From Roseateles sp. (GTDB lineage: Bacteria > Pseudomonadota > Gammaproteobacteria > Burkholderiales > Burkholderiaceae_C), in the NCBI GenBank assembly GCA_046289335.1, contig JBKBVY010000002.1, positions 1,717 through 65,716 on the forward strand: a stretch of 64,000 nucleotides of DNA. Direction: 5' to 3'. Positions 1-9,396 of this stretch are shown in pieces. Under the pieces are notes generated by a model, which was not told the DNA's origin, searched no databases, and worked only from the letters and a program-made list of their open reading frames with translations. The position numbers and the translations under genes are program-made. Each line of letters starts with the position of its first letter. The first letter of the stretch is position 1.

Positions 1-1198
1 AGCGCTGCTCGTGTCGCTGCAGCAGCGCGCGGGCGGCCTCCGGCAGCTCGCGCGGGTGGCCGAAGGTCTCCACCGTCGCGCCGCCGCGCTGGGCCATGGC
101 ATCGGCGGTCAGCCGGCCCGGGGTGCGGCGCCAGCCGCGCAGGCCGCGGCGCAGCAGGCCGTACAGCGGCGGCAGCGCGGCATGGCGATAGACGCTGACG
201 TGGTTGATCCAGCGCTGCGAGGTCGACCAGGCCAGCAGGTCGGCCTCGGCGTTGGTGTAGAACTCCACGCAGCCGCCGGGCGCGCGCCGGAACAGGTCTT
301 GCAGCGTGCTCAGCAGCAGCAGCCGGCCCGGCGCGAAGCGGTCGAACTGCTCGTTGAACGCCGTCTTGAGCATGACCGCCATGCCGCCGCGCAGCAGCAG
401 CATGCGCGAGGCCACCAGCTCGTCGCCCAGCCACAGCTCGTACACCAGCGCTTCGCCGCGCTCGGCGAAGCGGGTCATGACCTCGGCGTAGAAGCGGCCC
501 TGCGGGCTGTCCGGCCGCACGGCCGTGCCTTCGCGGCCCTTCCAGCCGCTGCTCTCCAGCGCCGCGTAGCGGTCCACGGCCGCGGCGATCGCGGCGGGGT
601 CGCTCACCACGTCCAGCCGCGGCTCGCCGGCCTCGGCCTGCGCGCGGCGCTGGTAGCGGCGCATGTTCTGGATCAGCTTGCGCGGCCGCTGGGCCCAGTA
701 GTCATCGAAGCTGCCCGCCAGGCTGATGCTCATGGTCAGCGCATGCGGCAGGCTCTGCACCGGCTGGCCGGGCAGCTCGCGCAGGTCGCCGAAGCGGGGG
801 TCGTTGCACAGCCAGTCCAGCTGCATGGCGCGGCCGGGCAGTGCGCGCAGCAGCGCAAGCGTGTCGCTGCCCGGGTCCAGCAGCGCCGGGCCGATCTGGG
901 CCTGCGCAGGCAGGAAGGTCGACCAGATGCCCAGGTGGCGGGGCTGCAGCAGGCACATCGCCACGACGCGGCTGCCCTCGCGGCACACGCCGAGGTGCAC
1001 CTGCTCTTCGCCGAAATGCCGCAGCAAAGCGTCGACGAAGATGCCGTCGAGCATGGGATGCCCGCCGCACAGGTGGTCGTTGAGTGCGTCCCATTCGGAC
1101 TGCAGCGGTCCCAGGCCTTGTTCCGCCTGCAGCGCCCGCACGGTCCAGCGCGGGCTGGCCTGGGCAGAAACCTGCGGTGGTGGCGTGGGCGTGGGCAT
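1..1198 (-). CDS. CelD/BcsL-type (Acetyltransf_6) GNAT family protein, 3' end outside window
   Basis: Not in the ORF track because it runs off the window. Manual minus-strand translation from ATG 1198: MPTPTPPPQ...WDALNDHLCGGHPML...GSFDDYWAQRPRKLIQN...YAALESSGWKGREGTA...VMLKTAFNEQFDRFAPGRLL; clear paralogue of 12717..13763. Confidence 0.85.
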   Translation of the reverse strand, partial: MPTPTPPPQVSAQASPRWTVRALQAEQGLGPLQSEWDALNDHLCGGHPMLDGIFVDALLRHFGEEQVHLGVCREGSRVVAMCLLQPRHLGIWSTFLPAQAQIGPALLDPGSDTLALLRALPGRAMQLDWLCNDPRFGDLRELPGQPVQSLPHALTMSISLAGSFDDYWAQRPRKLIQNMRRYQRRAQAEAGEPRLDVVSDPAAIAAAVDRYAALESSGWKGREGTAVRPDSPQGRFYAEVMTRFAERGEALVYELWLGDELVASRMLLLRGGMAVMLKTAFNEQFDRFAPGRLLLLSTLQDLFRRAPGGCVEFYTNAEADLLAWSTSQRWINHVSVYRHAALPPLYGLLRRGLRGWRRTPGRLTADAMAQRGGATVETFGHPRELPEAARALLQRHEQR

Positions 1199-1288
1199 GG
1201 CCAAGGGCGGCTCGAGCAATGGGCTGGATAGACTTCGGCGCTCGCCTAAGCCTCAAAAAGCGGCCGGATTGTAGTCAGCCGCCTCCCC

Positions 1289-2752
1289 ATGAATCTCCGA
1301 CGATCACTGCTTGTTTCCCTGTTCAGCCGCTATGTGCTGTTGATCGTCAATCTGCTGATGTCGGTGGTGGTGGCGCGGCTGCTGACGCCGGCCGAGATGG
1401 GGGCTTTCTCGCTGTGCATGGTGCTGCTGTCGTTCGCGGCGATCTTTCGCGACTTCGGCGCCTCCACCTACCTGACGCAGGTGGCGGAGCTGAATGAACA
1501 GCGCCTGCGTGCCACCATGGGGCTGCAGCTGTCGATAGGCGCAGTGCTGGCCTTGTGCGTAGCGCTGGCCAGCACGCCGCTGGCGGCGTTCTACGGCGAG
1601 CCGGGGTTGCGCGAGTTGATGCTGTGGGTCGCGCTGTCCTACCTGATCTCGCCGCTGGGCACGGTCACGCAGGCGCTGCTGCAGCGGAACATGCGGTTCG
1701 ACGCCATCGCCAGCATCCAGATCGGCGCGGGCCTGGTGGCGGCCGTGGTGACGGTGGGTCTGGCCTGGGCGGGTTTCGGCGCGCGCAGCCTGGCCATCGG
1801 GCAACTGGCCAGCGTGCTGGCCTCGGTGCTGCTGAGCCAGCGCTACCGGCCGGCGGACCTGCCCTGGATGCCCAGCCTGCGTGGCGTGCGCGAGATCCTG
1901 AGTTTCGGCGGCGCCATCACCGGCATTGCCATCGTCAACGTGGCCATCAAGGGCGCGCCGGAGCTGCTGCTGGGCAAGCTGCAAGGCCTGCACAGCGTGG
2001 GCCTGTTCGCGCGCGGCCAGGGCATGGTGGTGATGTTTGGCCGTCAGATGGCCGAGGCCGTCTCGGCCGTGGCCCTGCCCAACTTCTCGCGCATGGTGCG
2101 TGAGGGCGGAAACCTGGGTGACGCCTTTCTGCACGGCACGTCCTATGTCACGGCGGTGGCCTGGTCCATCTGTCTGGGCATGGTCGTGCTGGCCGATCCG
2201 CTGATCCGCGTGCTCTATGGCGCGCAGTGGCTGGAGGCCATCCCGCTGGTGCGCTGGGTGGCGGCCTCTTATGGCTCAGGGCTGTCGGTGATGCTGGTGT
2301 CGGCGGCGCTGACCGGCCTCGGGGCGGTCCGGCTGCTGGGCTGGGCGACGCTGGCCAGCGGCGTGCTGACCATCAGCGCCGTCGCCATCGGCGCCACGTT
2401 CAGCCTGGAGGCGGTGGGCGCGGGCCTGTTTGTGACCGGCATCGCGCACGCGGCCATCTTCTTCGCGCTGGTGCGTTGGCGGCTGGGCTTCCCGGCGTCC
2501 CGCCTGGCGGCGACGCTGGCCCGCAGCGGCGGCGTGGCTTTGTGCGCGGCCTTGCCGGCGCTGGCGGTGGTGCTGGCGCCCAAGCCGGCCACCGGCGGTG
2601 CGCTGGTCGAGCTGCTGTGCGGTGGCGTGCTGGGCGCGCTGGGCTTTGCCGCCGGGGTCAGACTGACGCGCCATCCGCTGCGCCAGGAGTTCGGCCTGGT
2701 GCTGGGCAAGCTGGGCCGTTGGTGGCCCCGCTCAGGCCCGGCGGCCAAATAG
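1289..2752 (+). CDS. wzx: Wzx/WzxC-type polysaccharide flippase
   Basis: 487 aa multi-TM protein; ARLLTPAEMG and FRDFG motifs of the PST family; surrounded by glycosyltransferases. Confidence 0.85.
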   Translation: MNLRRSLLVSLFSRYVLLIVNLLMSVVVARLLTPAEMGAFSLCMVLLSFAAIFRDFGASTYLTQVAELNEQRLRATMGLQLSIGAVLALCVALASTPLAAFYGEPGLRELMLWVALSYLISPLGTVTQALLQRNMRFDAIASIQIGAGLVAAVVTVGLAWAGFGARSLAIGQLASVLASVLLSQRYRPADLPWMPSLRGVREILSFGGAITGIAIVNVAIKGAPELLLGKLQGLHSVGLFARGQGMVVMFGRQMAEAVSAVALPNFSRMVREGGNLGDAFLHGTSYVTAVAWSICLGMVVLADPLIRVLYGAQWLEAIPLVRWVAASYGSGLSVMLVSAALTGLGAVRLLGWATLASGVLTISAVAIGATFSLEAVGAGLFVTGIAHAAIFFALVRWRLGFPASRLAATLARSGGVALCAALPALAVVLAPKPATGGALVELLCGGVLGALGFAAGVRLTRHPLRQEFGLVLGKLGRWWPRSGPAAK

Positions 2753-3613
2753 CTTGCGCCGCACGGCCGCCAGCGTCTGCCAGGGGTGGTAGAGCCTGGG
2801 CCAGCGCGTGTCCACCATCTCGGCATGTTTGACGATGTTGAGCACCAGCAACTGCCAGGCCACGCCCAGGCTGAAGGGCAGGTGGCCGGTGCGCAGCAGC
2901 CAGACGGACATGCGCCAGATCGGGAACCAGTGATCCAGCGCGTGGCGCGCATCGTTGGCGGCCAGCTGCTGGTACTTGTGCGTGGGCGTCTTGTCCCGTT
3001 GCATCGCCACCTGCGGCAGCTCGACATGGCAGCCGCGCTTGAGCAGCGCGGCCGAGAACGCCCAGTCGTAGGCATGGAAGGTGTCGTCCGGAAAGCTGGC
3101 CTGGGCCGCCGCGGTGCGGAACACGCCGTACATGCGGCTGTTGTCGATCGGCTCGCGCAGGTAGGCCTGCAGCCGCTGGGCCCAGTGGGCGTGCTCGATG
3201 CCGAAGGTGCCGCGCGCCAGCCAGCGCCGGCCGCTCTGCGCATCGGTGAATTCCACCCGCGTGACCGCCAGCACCGCCTCGGGCCGGGCCTCCAGCGTGG
3301 CGATGCACAGCGCCGCGAATTCCGGCTCCCAGTGGTCGTCGCCGGCGGCCCACATGAAGTAAGGCGTCTTGGCCCGGCGCAGCAGGAAGCCGAAGTTGCG
3401 GTACTTCAGGTTGACGGGCTGGCGGATGTACTCGATGCGATCGTCCTCGGCGGCCAGCCGGCGGGCGACGGCCTCGGTGGCGTCGCTGGAGCAGTCGTCC
3501 GAGATCACCAGCCGCAGCTCGCGGTGCGTCTGGGCCAGCAGCGAGCGCACCGCCGCCTCCAGCGTGGCGGCGTTGTTGTAGGCCGGCAGGCCGATGGTCA
3601 GCAGCGGCTTCAC
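2732..3613 (-). CDS. GT2 family glycosyltransferase
   Basis: GTG start overlapping the upstream stop (GTGA); LTIGLPAYN, ISDDCSSD, WAAGDD motifs. Confidence 0.88.
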   Translation of the reverse strand: MKPLLTIGLPAYNNAATLEAAVRSLLAQTHRELRLVISDDCSSDATEAVARRLAAEDDRIEYIRQPVNLKYRNFGFLLRRAKTPYFMWAAGDDHWEPEFAALCIATLEARPEAVLAVTRVEFTDAQSGRRWLARGTFGIEHAHWAQRLQAYLREPIDNSRMYGVFRTAAAQASFPDDTFHAYDWAFSAALLKRGCHVELPQVAMQRDKTPTHKYQQLAANDARHALDHWFPIWRMSVWLLRTGHLPFSLGVAWQLLVLNIVKHAEMVDTRWPRLYHPWQTLAAVRRKLFGRRA

Positions 3614-4662
3614 GACAGCCCCAGCTCCGCCAGCGCCTGGCCGGCAATGTGTTCCCAGCGCCAGGCCTCGGCCGCACGGCGGTTGGCCTCGCCCATGGCC
3701 GCCAGCGCCTCGGGGCGCTCGAACAGCTGTGCCATCGCATCGGCCAGCGCCTGGGCATCGCCCACCGGATAGACGCGGTTGGCGCCCTGGCCCAGCACCC
3801 AGCCCAGGCAGCCCAGGTCGGGGCCGATCATGGGCTTGCCGAAGCTCATGCCCAGCACCGCCACGCCGGAGTTCAGCCCGGCCGTGTGGCTGAGCACCAG
3901 GCAGTCGGCGGCGTTGACGTAGCGCTGGATGTCGGCGCTGTCGATGGCGCGGCCGTGCAGCAGCCAGTCGTGGCGCAGCCGCTTGCGCGCCGCCAGCGAC
4001 ACCCGCTCGCGCCAGGCGCCCGGGCCGGTCGGCGGGTTGTACAGGCCGGCCACGAGCAGGAACTTGGCGGGCAGGCGCAGCCGGTCGAAGGCGTCCAGCA
4101 GCAGCGTGAGTCCCTTGTAGCCGCGGATCTGGCCGAACTGCAGGAAGACCTTGGCGTCCGCGGGAATGCCCAGCGCGCGGCGGGCCTCGTCGCGGCCGAC
4201 CTGGTTGGGATAGGACAGGTAGTGGCCATGCGGCTGCACGAACTGCCGCGACTCCGGCGGCACCGGGTAGCGCTGCGCCAGCGCGTCGACGGAGTGCGGG
4301 CAATGGTGGTGGATGGCGCCCGCGGCCTCGATGACGGCGCGGTAGGCGCGTGCGTCCACCGACTGCTGCCCGCTGTCATGCGGTGCCAGGTTGTGCACGG
4401 TCCACACCAGCGGCACGCCGGCCTCGCGCAGCCGCGTCAGCTGGGCGATGAAATGGTCGGCACGCGCCGCCGTGGTGCCCTCGCCGCGCCAGCGGTAGAA
4501 CTCCTCCGGCCAGTGCAGGTGCAGCAGGTCGGGCCGCAGGTTGCCCTCCAGCAGGTTCTCCGGCCCGTAGACCGGCGTCCAGCCCAGCGACGCATAGGCC
4601 CGGCCCAGCTCGCGGATGTAGATGTTCCCGTTGGTCGGGTGGGGCAGCAGGACGACGGGCAT
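3610..4662 (-). CDS. GT4 family glycosyltransferase
   Basis: MPVVLLPH start; LHLHWPE, WTVHN, FGQIRGYKG, LNSGVAVLGMSFGKP motifs (GT-B fold). Confidence 0.85.
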   Translation of the reverse strand: MPVVLLPHPTNGNIYIRELGRAYASLGWTPVYGPENLLEGNLRPDLLHLHWPEEFYRWRGEGTTAARADHFIAQLTRLREAGVPLVWTVHNLAPHDSGQQSVDARAYRAVIEAAGAIHHHCPHSVDALAQRYPVPPESRQFVQPHGHYLSYPNQVGRDEARRALGIPADAKVFLQFGQIRGYKGLTLLLDAFDRLRLPAKFLLVAGLYNPPTGPGAWRERVSLAARKRLRHDWLLHGRAIDSADIQRYVNAADCLVLSHTAGLNSGVAVLGMSFGKPMIGPDLGCLGWVLGQGANRVYPVGDAQALADAMAQLFERPEALAAMGEANRRAAEAWRWEHIAGQALAELGLS

Positions 4663-4664
4663 CT

Positions 4665-5642
4665 TCAGTAGACGTTCTTGCGTTTCTGGGAGCGGCGCTC
4701 CACCCAGGCCGGGTAGGCGGCCGGCCGCCAGCGCGACATCCAGCGGCTGCTGACCGTGCCCCAGGCACGCCAGATGCGCAGCTCGCGCAGAAAGCGCTCG
4801 GGCGCGGACTCGCCGCGCAGCGGCGCGACCAGCCAGGCCAGCGCGTCCTGCACCAGCTGGCGGTACAGCCACAGCGGCACCCAGCCCAGGTGGCGCTCGC
4901 CGGGGGGCAGGTCTTGCCAGGGGGAGATGCCGGCCTTCAGCGACCAGCGCCGGAAATAGCGTCGCGTCAGCATGGCCGGGTCCACCGGCGCGGTGACGCA
5001 CAGGCTGGGCTCGTAGGCCACGGCCTCGCCGCGGCGCAGGCAGCGCTGGCCGAACTCGAAGTCCATGTGCCGGAAATGCGTCTCGGAGAAGCCGCCCACG
5101 CGGTCGAACAGGGAGATGTGGGCCACCAGGTTGGCGCCGGCCGGCGAGTACTCGGGCGGCGGCGGGGCCAGTCGCTCGGGGCCCAGGTCCACGCCGCCCA
5201 CGATGGCGGCCATGCGCTCGTGGTACCAGGCCGGCGGGCCGTCTCCGGGCCACTGCAGTGCGGTGCGGCCACCGGCCAGCGCCGGGCCGCCGGGGCCGAA
5301 CACGCGGACGATCTGCGTCAGCCAGTCGGGCTGGAACAGGATGTCATCGTCGGTGAAGGCCAGCACCTCGCAGCCCAGGGCGCGGGCCTGCGCGATGCCG
5401 GCGTTCAGCGCGAACTGCTTGCCTTGCCGGGGCTCGAACAGCGCGTGCAGCCGGCCCAGTGGCCAGCCGGCCGTGCGCGCGCGCAGCAAGTCCTGGGTGG
5501 CGTCGGCCGAGTTGTTGTCCACCACCAGCACCTCGACCTGGGCGCCCTCGGGGCAGTTCACGGCGGCCAGGCTGTCCAGCGTGTCGACTAGCACGGCCGC
5601 TCGATTCCAGGTGCAGATGATGACGGCGATGTGCACGGACAT
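4665..5642 (-). CDS. GT2 family glycosyltransferase
   Basis: VIICTWNR, VVDNNSAD, AFTDDD motifs. Confidence 0.9.
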   Translation of the reverse strand: MSVHIAVIICTWNRAAVLVDTLDSLAAVNCPEGAQVEVLVVDNNSADATQDLLRARTAGWPLGRLHALFEPRQGKQFALNAGIAQARALGCEVLAFTDDDILFQPDWLTQIVRVFGPGGPALAGGRTALQWPGDGPPAWYHERMAAIVGGVDLGPERLAPPPPEYSPAGANLVAHISLFDRVGGFSETHFRHMDFEFGQRCLRRGEAVAYEPSLCVTAPVDPAMLTRRYFRRWSLKAGISPWQDLPPGERHLGWVPLWLYRQLVQDALAWLVAPLRGESAPERFLRELRIWRAWGTVSSRWMSRWRPAAYPAWVERRSQKRKNVY

Positions 5643-5831
5643 GCGGTGGGCGCAGGGTGGGCGGGAACGGGAACGCGGCGGCCCGGGGGCCCGAAGCGCG
5701 GCGAAGTGTAGTTCGCGCTTGCGGCGCGCCAGGCCGGGCGCATCCCGCAGACGGGCGCCCCGCCCAGGCCCGAGGCGCGGCAGGGCTCCCCTATGATCGC
5801 CCGCCGCCTAACCCTGCCTGCCCTGCACCCC

Positions 5832-6869
5832 ATGAGCAACGCCGACCCGCGCACTGCGCGCTGCCTGATCACGGGCGCCGCCGGATACATCGGCAGCCGC
5901 CTCTGCGAGCGGCTGGACGCCCACGGTCGCCAGCCCTATGTGGCGATGTCGCGCTCGGCCGAGGTCGCCGCGCGGCTGCGCCAGCAGGGCCGCCAGGCCA
6001 TCACCGCCGATCTGTTGCGCCCGGGCCAGGCTGCCCAGGCGCTGCAGGGCTGCGATGCCGTCATCCATCTGGCCCACGGCGACCGTGGCCCCGAGGCCAC
6101 GCGCCAGTTGGTGGAGGCCGCCGTGCGCCACCAGGTGCGCCGCTTCGTGCACATCAGCACCATGTCGGTCCACGGCCCCGAGCCCGACGCCTCGGCCGCG
6201 CGCGAGGACACGGCCCGCATCGGCCGCTACGGCAACGATTACTCCGACGCCAAGGCCGAGCAGGAGGAGATCGTGCAGGCGGCCATCAACCGCGGCGACC
6301 TGGCCGCCGTCATCCTGCGGCCCACGGTGGTCTACGGCCTGGGCGGGCATTTCGAGATGCAGGTGCTGGCCCAGGCCAAGGCCGGCGAGGTGCTGCTGTT
6401 CGACGAGGGTCGCGGCCTGTGCAACGCGGTGTTCGTCGACGATGTGTGCGACGCCATCGAGGCCGCCCTGGTGCGCGACGAGGCGCTGGGCCAGGCCATG
6501 TTCATCAACGGCGACCAGACCCCGACCTGGGGCGAGTTCATCCGCCGCTTTGCCGCCATGGTGGAGCCGGCGCCGCGCTTCGTGCCGGTGTCCTCGGCCG
6601 AGGCGCGACGCTACTGGGCCGAGCATCCGCCCGAACCCGTCGGCGGCCTGGGCACGCGGGTGCTGCGCAAGCTCAAGCGCCTGGTCAGCGGGCCGCCACC
6701 CCAGGCGCCGTGGCCGCCGCTGGGGCGCGTGCTGCGCGAGACCTTCCCCATCCGCTTCACCAACGACAAGGCCAAGCAGCTGCTGGCCTGGTCGCCGCGC
6801 GTGGATTTCGAGCAGGGCGTGGCGCTGAGCCGCGACTGGCTGCAGGCCCGCGGCCACCTGGCCCGATGA
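5832..6869 (+). CDS. NAD-dependent epimerase/dehydratase (extended SDR)
   Basis: TGAAGYIG Rossmann motif, HISTMSV, YSDAK (YxxxK), LRPTVVYG. Confidence 0.88.
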   Translation: MSNADPRTARCLITGAAGYIGSRLCERLDAHGRQPYVAMSRSAEVAARLRQQGRQAITADLLRPGQAAQALQGCDAVIHLAHGDRGPEATRQLVEAAVRHQVRRFVHISTMSVHGPEPDASAAREDTARIGRYGNDYSDAKAEQEEIVQAAINRGDLAAVILRPTVVYGLGGHFEMQVLAQAKAGEVLLFDEGRGLCNAVFVDDVCDAIEAALVRDEALGQAMFINGDQTPTWGEFIRRFAAMVEPAPRFVPVSSAEARRYWAEHPPEPVGGLGTRVLRKLKRLVSGPPPQAPWPPLGRVLRETFPIRFTNDKAKQLLAWSPRVDFEQGVALSRDWLQARGHLAR

Positions 6870-8290
6870 AGCCACGCGCCGTCATCGTCGGTGCCGGCCT
6901 GGGCGGCTGCCTGCTGGCCCACGGGCTGGCGGACTCGCACGAGGTCGTCATCGTCGAGCGCGGCGAGGGCGGCGACGAGGCGCGCTGGCCGGTGCAGGAC
7001 GTGGGCTGGCCGGCCGGCTGGGAGCCGCATGTGGGCGCCGGCCCGGGCGGCTCCACGCGGCTGTGGCACAACGGCCTGATCGAGATCGAGGACGAGGTCT
7101 TCGCCGCGCACTGGCCGTTCGGCAAGGCCGAGCTCGATCCCTACTACGCCCGGGCCTTCGAGCTGCTGTCCGGCGCCCGGCTGTCGCAGGTGCAGGCCGC
7201 CATCGAGGACGTGCGGCAGCGCTACCTGGGCTTCGGCCTTGCGGACGGGCTGTTCCAGGGCCTGTACTACCCGCTGTGGCCGCGCAACGTCTGGGACTGC
7301 CTGGGCCTGCAGGGCCGGGTGCAGCTGCTGCGCGGCGAGGTGGTGGACTTCGAGCTGGACGGCGCCGACCGCGTGCGCAGCCTCACGGTGGACGAGGGCG
7401 GGCAGCGCCGGCAGCTGGAGGCGGATGTCTTCGTGCTGGCCGCCGGCGGCCTGGGCTCGCCGGTGCTGCTGCACAAGCTGCAGGCGCGCACGCCGCTGCC
7501 GGCGCTGCAGCATGCCGGTGCGCATTACGAGGACCATCCCATGGGCTTCGTCGGCGAGGTGCAGGTCAGCGTGCCGCTGTACAAGCTGTGGAACTACCGT
7601 GTGCCCGGCACCGACGGCAACCTGCGCCTGCCGCTGGTGGTGCGCTCGGGCGGCCAGCATGTGTCCTTCCAGCTGCGCCCGGCGGCCAACTACTACCGCA
7701 ACAGCCGTCGCGAGCGCGTCGGCAGCGTGCTCAACGACCTGCGCCGCCGGCCCTGGAACCCGCTGCTGTACGCACGCCTGCTGCGGCACTGGGACGACAT
7801 CCTGGACATCCTGTCCTTCAAGTTCGGCATCAAGCTGCCCACGCGCCACTACACGCTGCTGCTGTGCGCGCAGATGCCCACCACGCCCGAGCGGGCCGTC
7901 TGGAGCGAGCCCGATGCGAACGGCGTCGAGCGGCGCCGTCGCTGCTGGACGCTGACGCCGGCCTATCTGCAAGGCCTGGATGCCGCGGTGCAGGACGTGC
8001 TGGCCTGGCTGGCGCCGGTCACCAAGCGCTCGCGGGTGTTTGCCGACTGGCACCGGGACCTGCGCAGCGCGGCCCACCACTCGGGCACGGCGCGGATGTC
8101 GCGCACGGCCGACACGGGCGTCTGCGATCCCGACGGCCGCGTGCACGGCATGGCCAACCTCTACGTCTGCGACGGCTCGCTGATCCCCGCCAGCGGCATC
8201 GCCAACACCGGTCTCACGATTGCCGCCCTGGCGCTGCGCATGGCTGCGCATCTGCAGGGCGGGTCTTCTTCTCCCGCATCGCGCCAATGA
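6866..8290 (+). CDS. FAD-dependent GMC family oxidoreductase
   Basis: ATGA overlap with the SDR; GAGLGG FAD motif, VLAAGGLGSP, HHSGTARM, NLYVCDGS, ANTGLTIAALALR. Confidence 0.85.
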   Translation: MKPRAVIVGAGLGGCLLAHGLADSHEVVIVERGEGGDEARWPVQDVGWPAGWEPHVGAGPGGSTRLWHNGLIEIEDEVFAAHWPFGKAELDPYYARAFELLSGARLSQVQAAIEDVRQRYLGFGLADGLFQGLYYPLWPRNVWDCLGLQGRVQLLRGEVVDFELDGADRVRSLTVDEGGQRRQLEADVFVLAAGGLGSPVLLHKLQARTPLPALQHAGAHYEDHPMGFVGEVQVSVPLYKLWNYRVPGTDGNLRLPLVVRSGGQHVSFQLRPAANYYRNSRRERVGSVLNDLRRRPWNPLLYARLLRHWDDILDILSFKFGIKLPTRHYTLLLCAQMPTTPERAVWSEPDANGVERRRRCWTLTPAYLQGLDAAVQDVLAWLAPVTKRSRVFADWHRDLRSAAHHSGTARMSRTADTGVCDPDGRVHGMANLYVCDGSLIPASGIANTGLTIAALALRMAAHLQGGSSSPASRQ

Positions 8291-9396
8291 ACCTGCACGT
8301 CGCCATGGTCGCCCGCACCCTCAACGTCCGCCACCTGCGGGGCACGGGGCGCTATGTGCAGGAACTGCTGCGCAACACCCGGCCGGAGGACCAGCTGCGC
8401 TGGACCGCCTACGGCCACGACCCGGCGCTGCCCTTTCGCGTGCCGGAGGGCCTGATCGGCGAGGCGGACGTGTTCGACTTCCGCGGCGACCGCTTCCGGC
8501 TGTGGGAGCAGCTGGGCCTGCCGCTGCGCCTGCGCAGCAGCGGCGCTCAGCTGCTGCATTGCGCCGAGAACACCGCGCCCATCTGGCAGCCGCTGCCCAC
8601 CATCGTGACCATCCACGACACCGTGCCCTGGGAGGAGGACATCCACGGGCTGGACCGCCACTACCTGCACGACGTGCAGAAGCTGGCGCTGCGGCGCTGC
8701 GCCCACGTCATCACGATCAGCGAGTCGTCGCGGCGCGACATCGCCGCGCGCTGGCCCTTCCTGGCCGACCGGCTGACCATCATCCCGCACGGCATTGCCG
8801 ATGAGTTCTTCAGCGACTCGCGCATGCCGCTGCCGGCCGTGCTGGACGACGCGCTGCGTGGCGCGCCCTATCTGCTCTACCTGGGCGGCGCACAGGAGCG
8901 CAAGCGCTTCGGCTGGGCGCTGGAGCTGCTGGCCCGCAGCGGCCGCGACGACCTGCACCTGGTGGGCTGCGGCTTCGGCGCGGGCACGGCGCCGCTGGAC
9001 CGCATTCCCGAGGCGCTGCGCGGTCGCGTGCACTTCGCGCCCTTCCTGGAAGACGGCGAGCTGGTCACGCTGTACCGCCGCGCCGCCGCGGCCATCTATC
9101 CGACGCTGTACGAGGGCTTCGGCTTCCCGGCCGTGGAGGCCCAGGCGGCCGGCACGCCGGTGCTGTTCAGCCCGGTCAGCAGCCTGGTGGACCTGGTGGG
9201 CCCGCTGGCCTGGACCAACGAGCCGCAGGACTTTGACGCCTGGCTGGCGGCGCTGCGCGAGGTGTTGTCGCTGCCCGCCGCCGTGCGCGCCGAGCGGGCC
9301 GCGGCCGCCGCCGAATGGGCGCGGGGTTTCTCATGGCGCCGCAGCGTGGCGCGGCATTTCGAGGTCTACCGCGAGGTGCTGGCGCGCAGCCGCTAG
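8287..9396 (+). CDS. GT4 family glycosyltransferase
   Basis: ATGA overlap; VTIHD, TISESS, YPTLYEGFGFPAVEAQAAGTPV (EX7E motif). Confidence 0.9.
   Translation: MNLHVAMVARTLNVRHLRGTGRYVQELLRNTRPEDQLRWTAYGHDPALPFRVPEGLIGEADVFDFRGDRFRLWEQLGLPLRLRSSGAQLLHCAENTAPIWQPLPTIVTIHDTVPWEEDIHGLDRHYLHDVQKLALRRCAHVITISESSRRDIAARWPFLADRLTIIPHGIADEFFSDSRMPLPAVLDDALRGAPYLLYLGGAQERKRFGWALELLARSGRDDLHLVGCGFGAGTAPLDRIPEALRGRVHFAPFLEDGELVTLYRRAAAAIYPTLYEGFGFPAVEAQAAGTPVLFSPVSSLVDLVGPLAWTNEPQDFDAWLAALREVLSLPAAVRAERAAAAAEWARGFSWRRSVARHFEVYREVLARSR

Noticed and set aside
11-1231. 406-aa plus-strand ORF
   Set aside because: Antisense shadow of the minus-strand GNAT; low-complexity Ala/Arg/Gln sequence with no motifs
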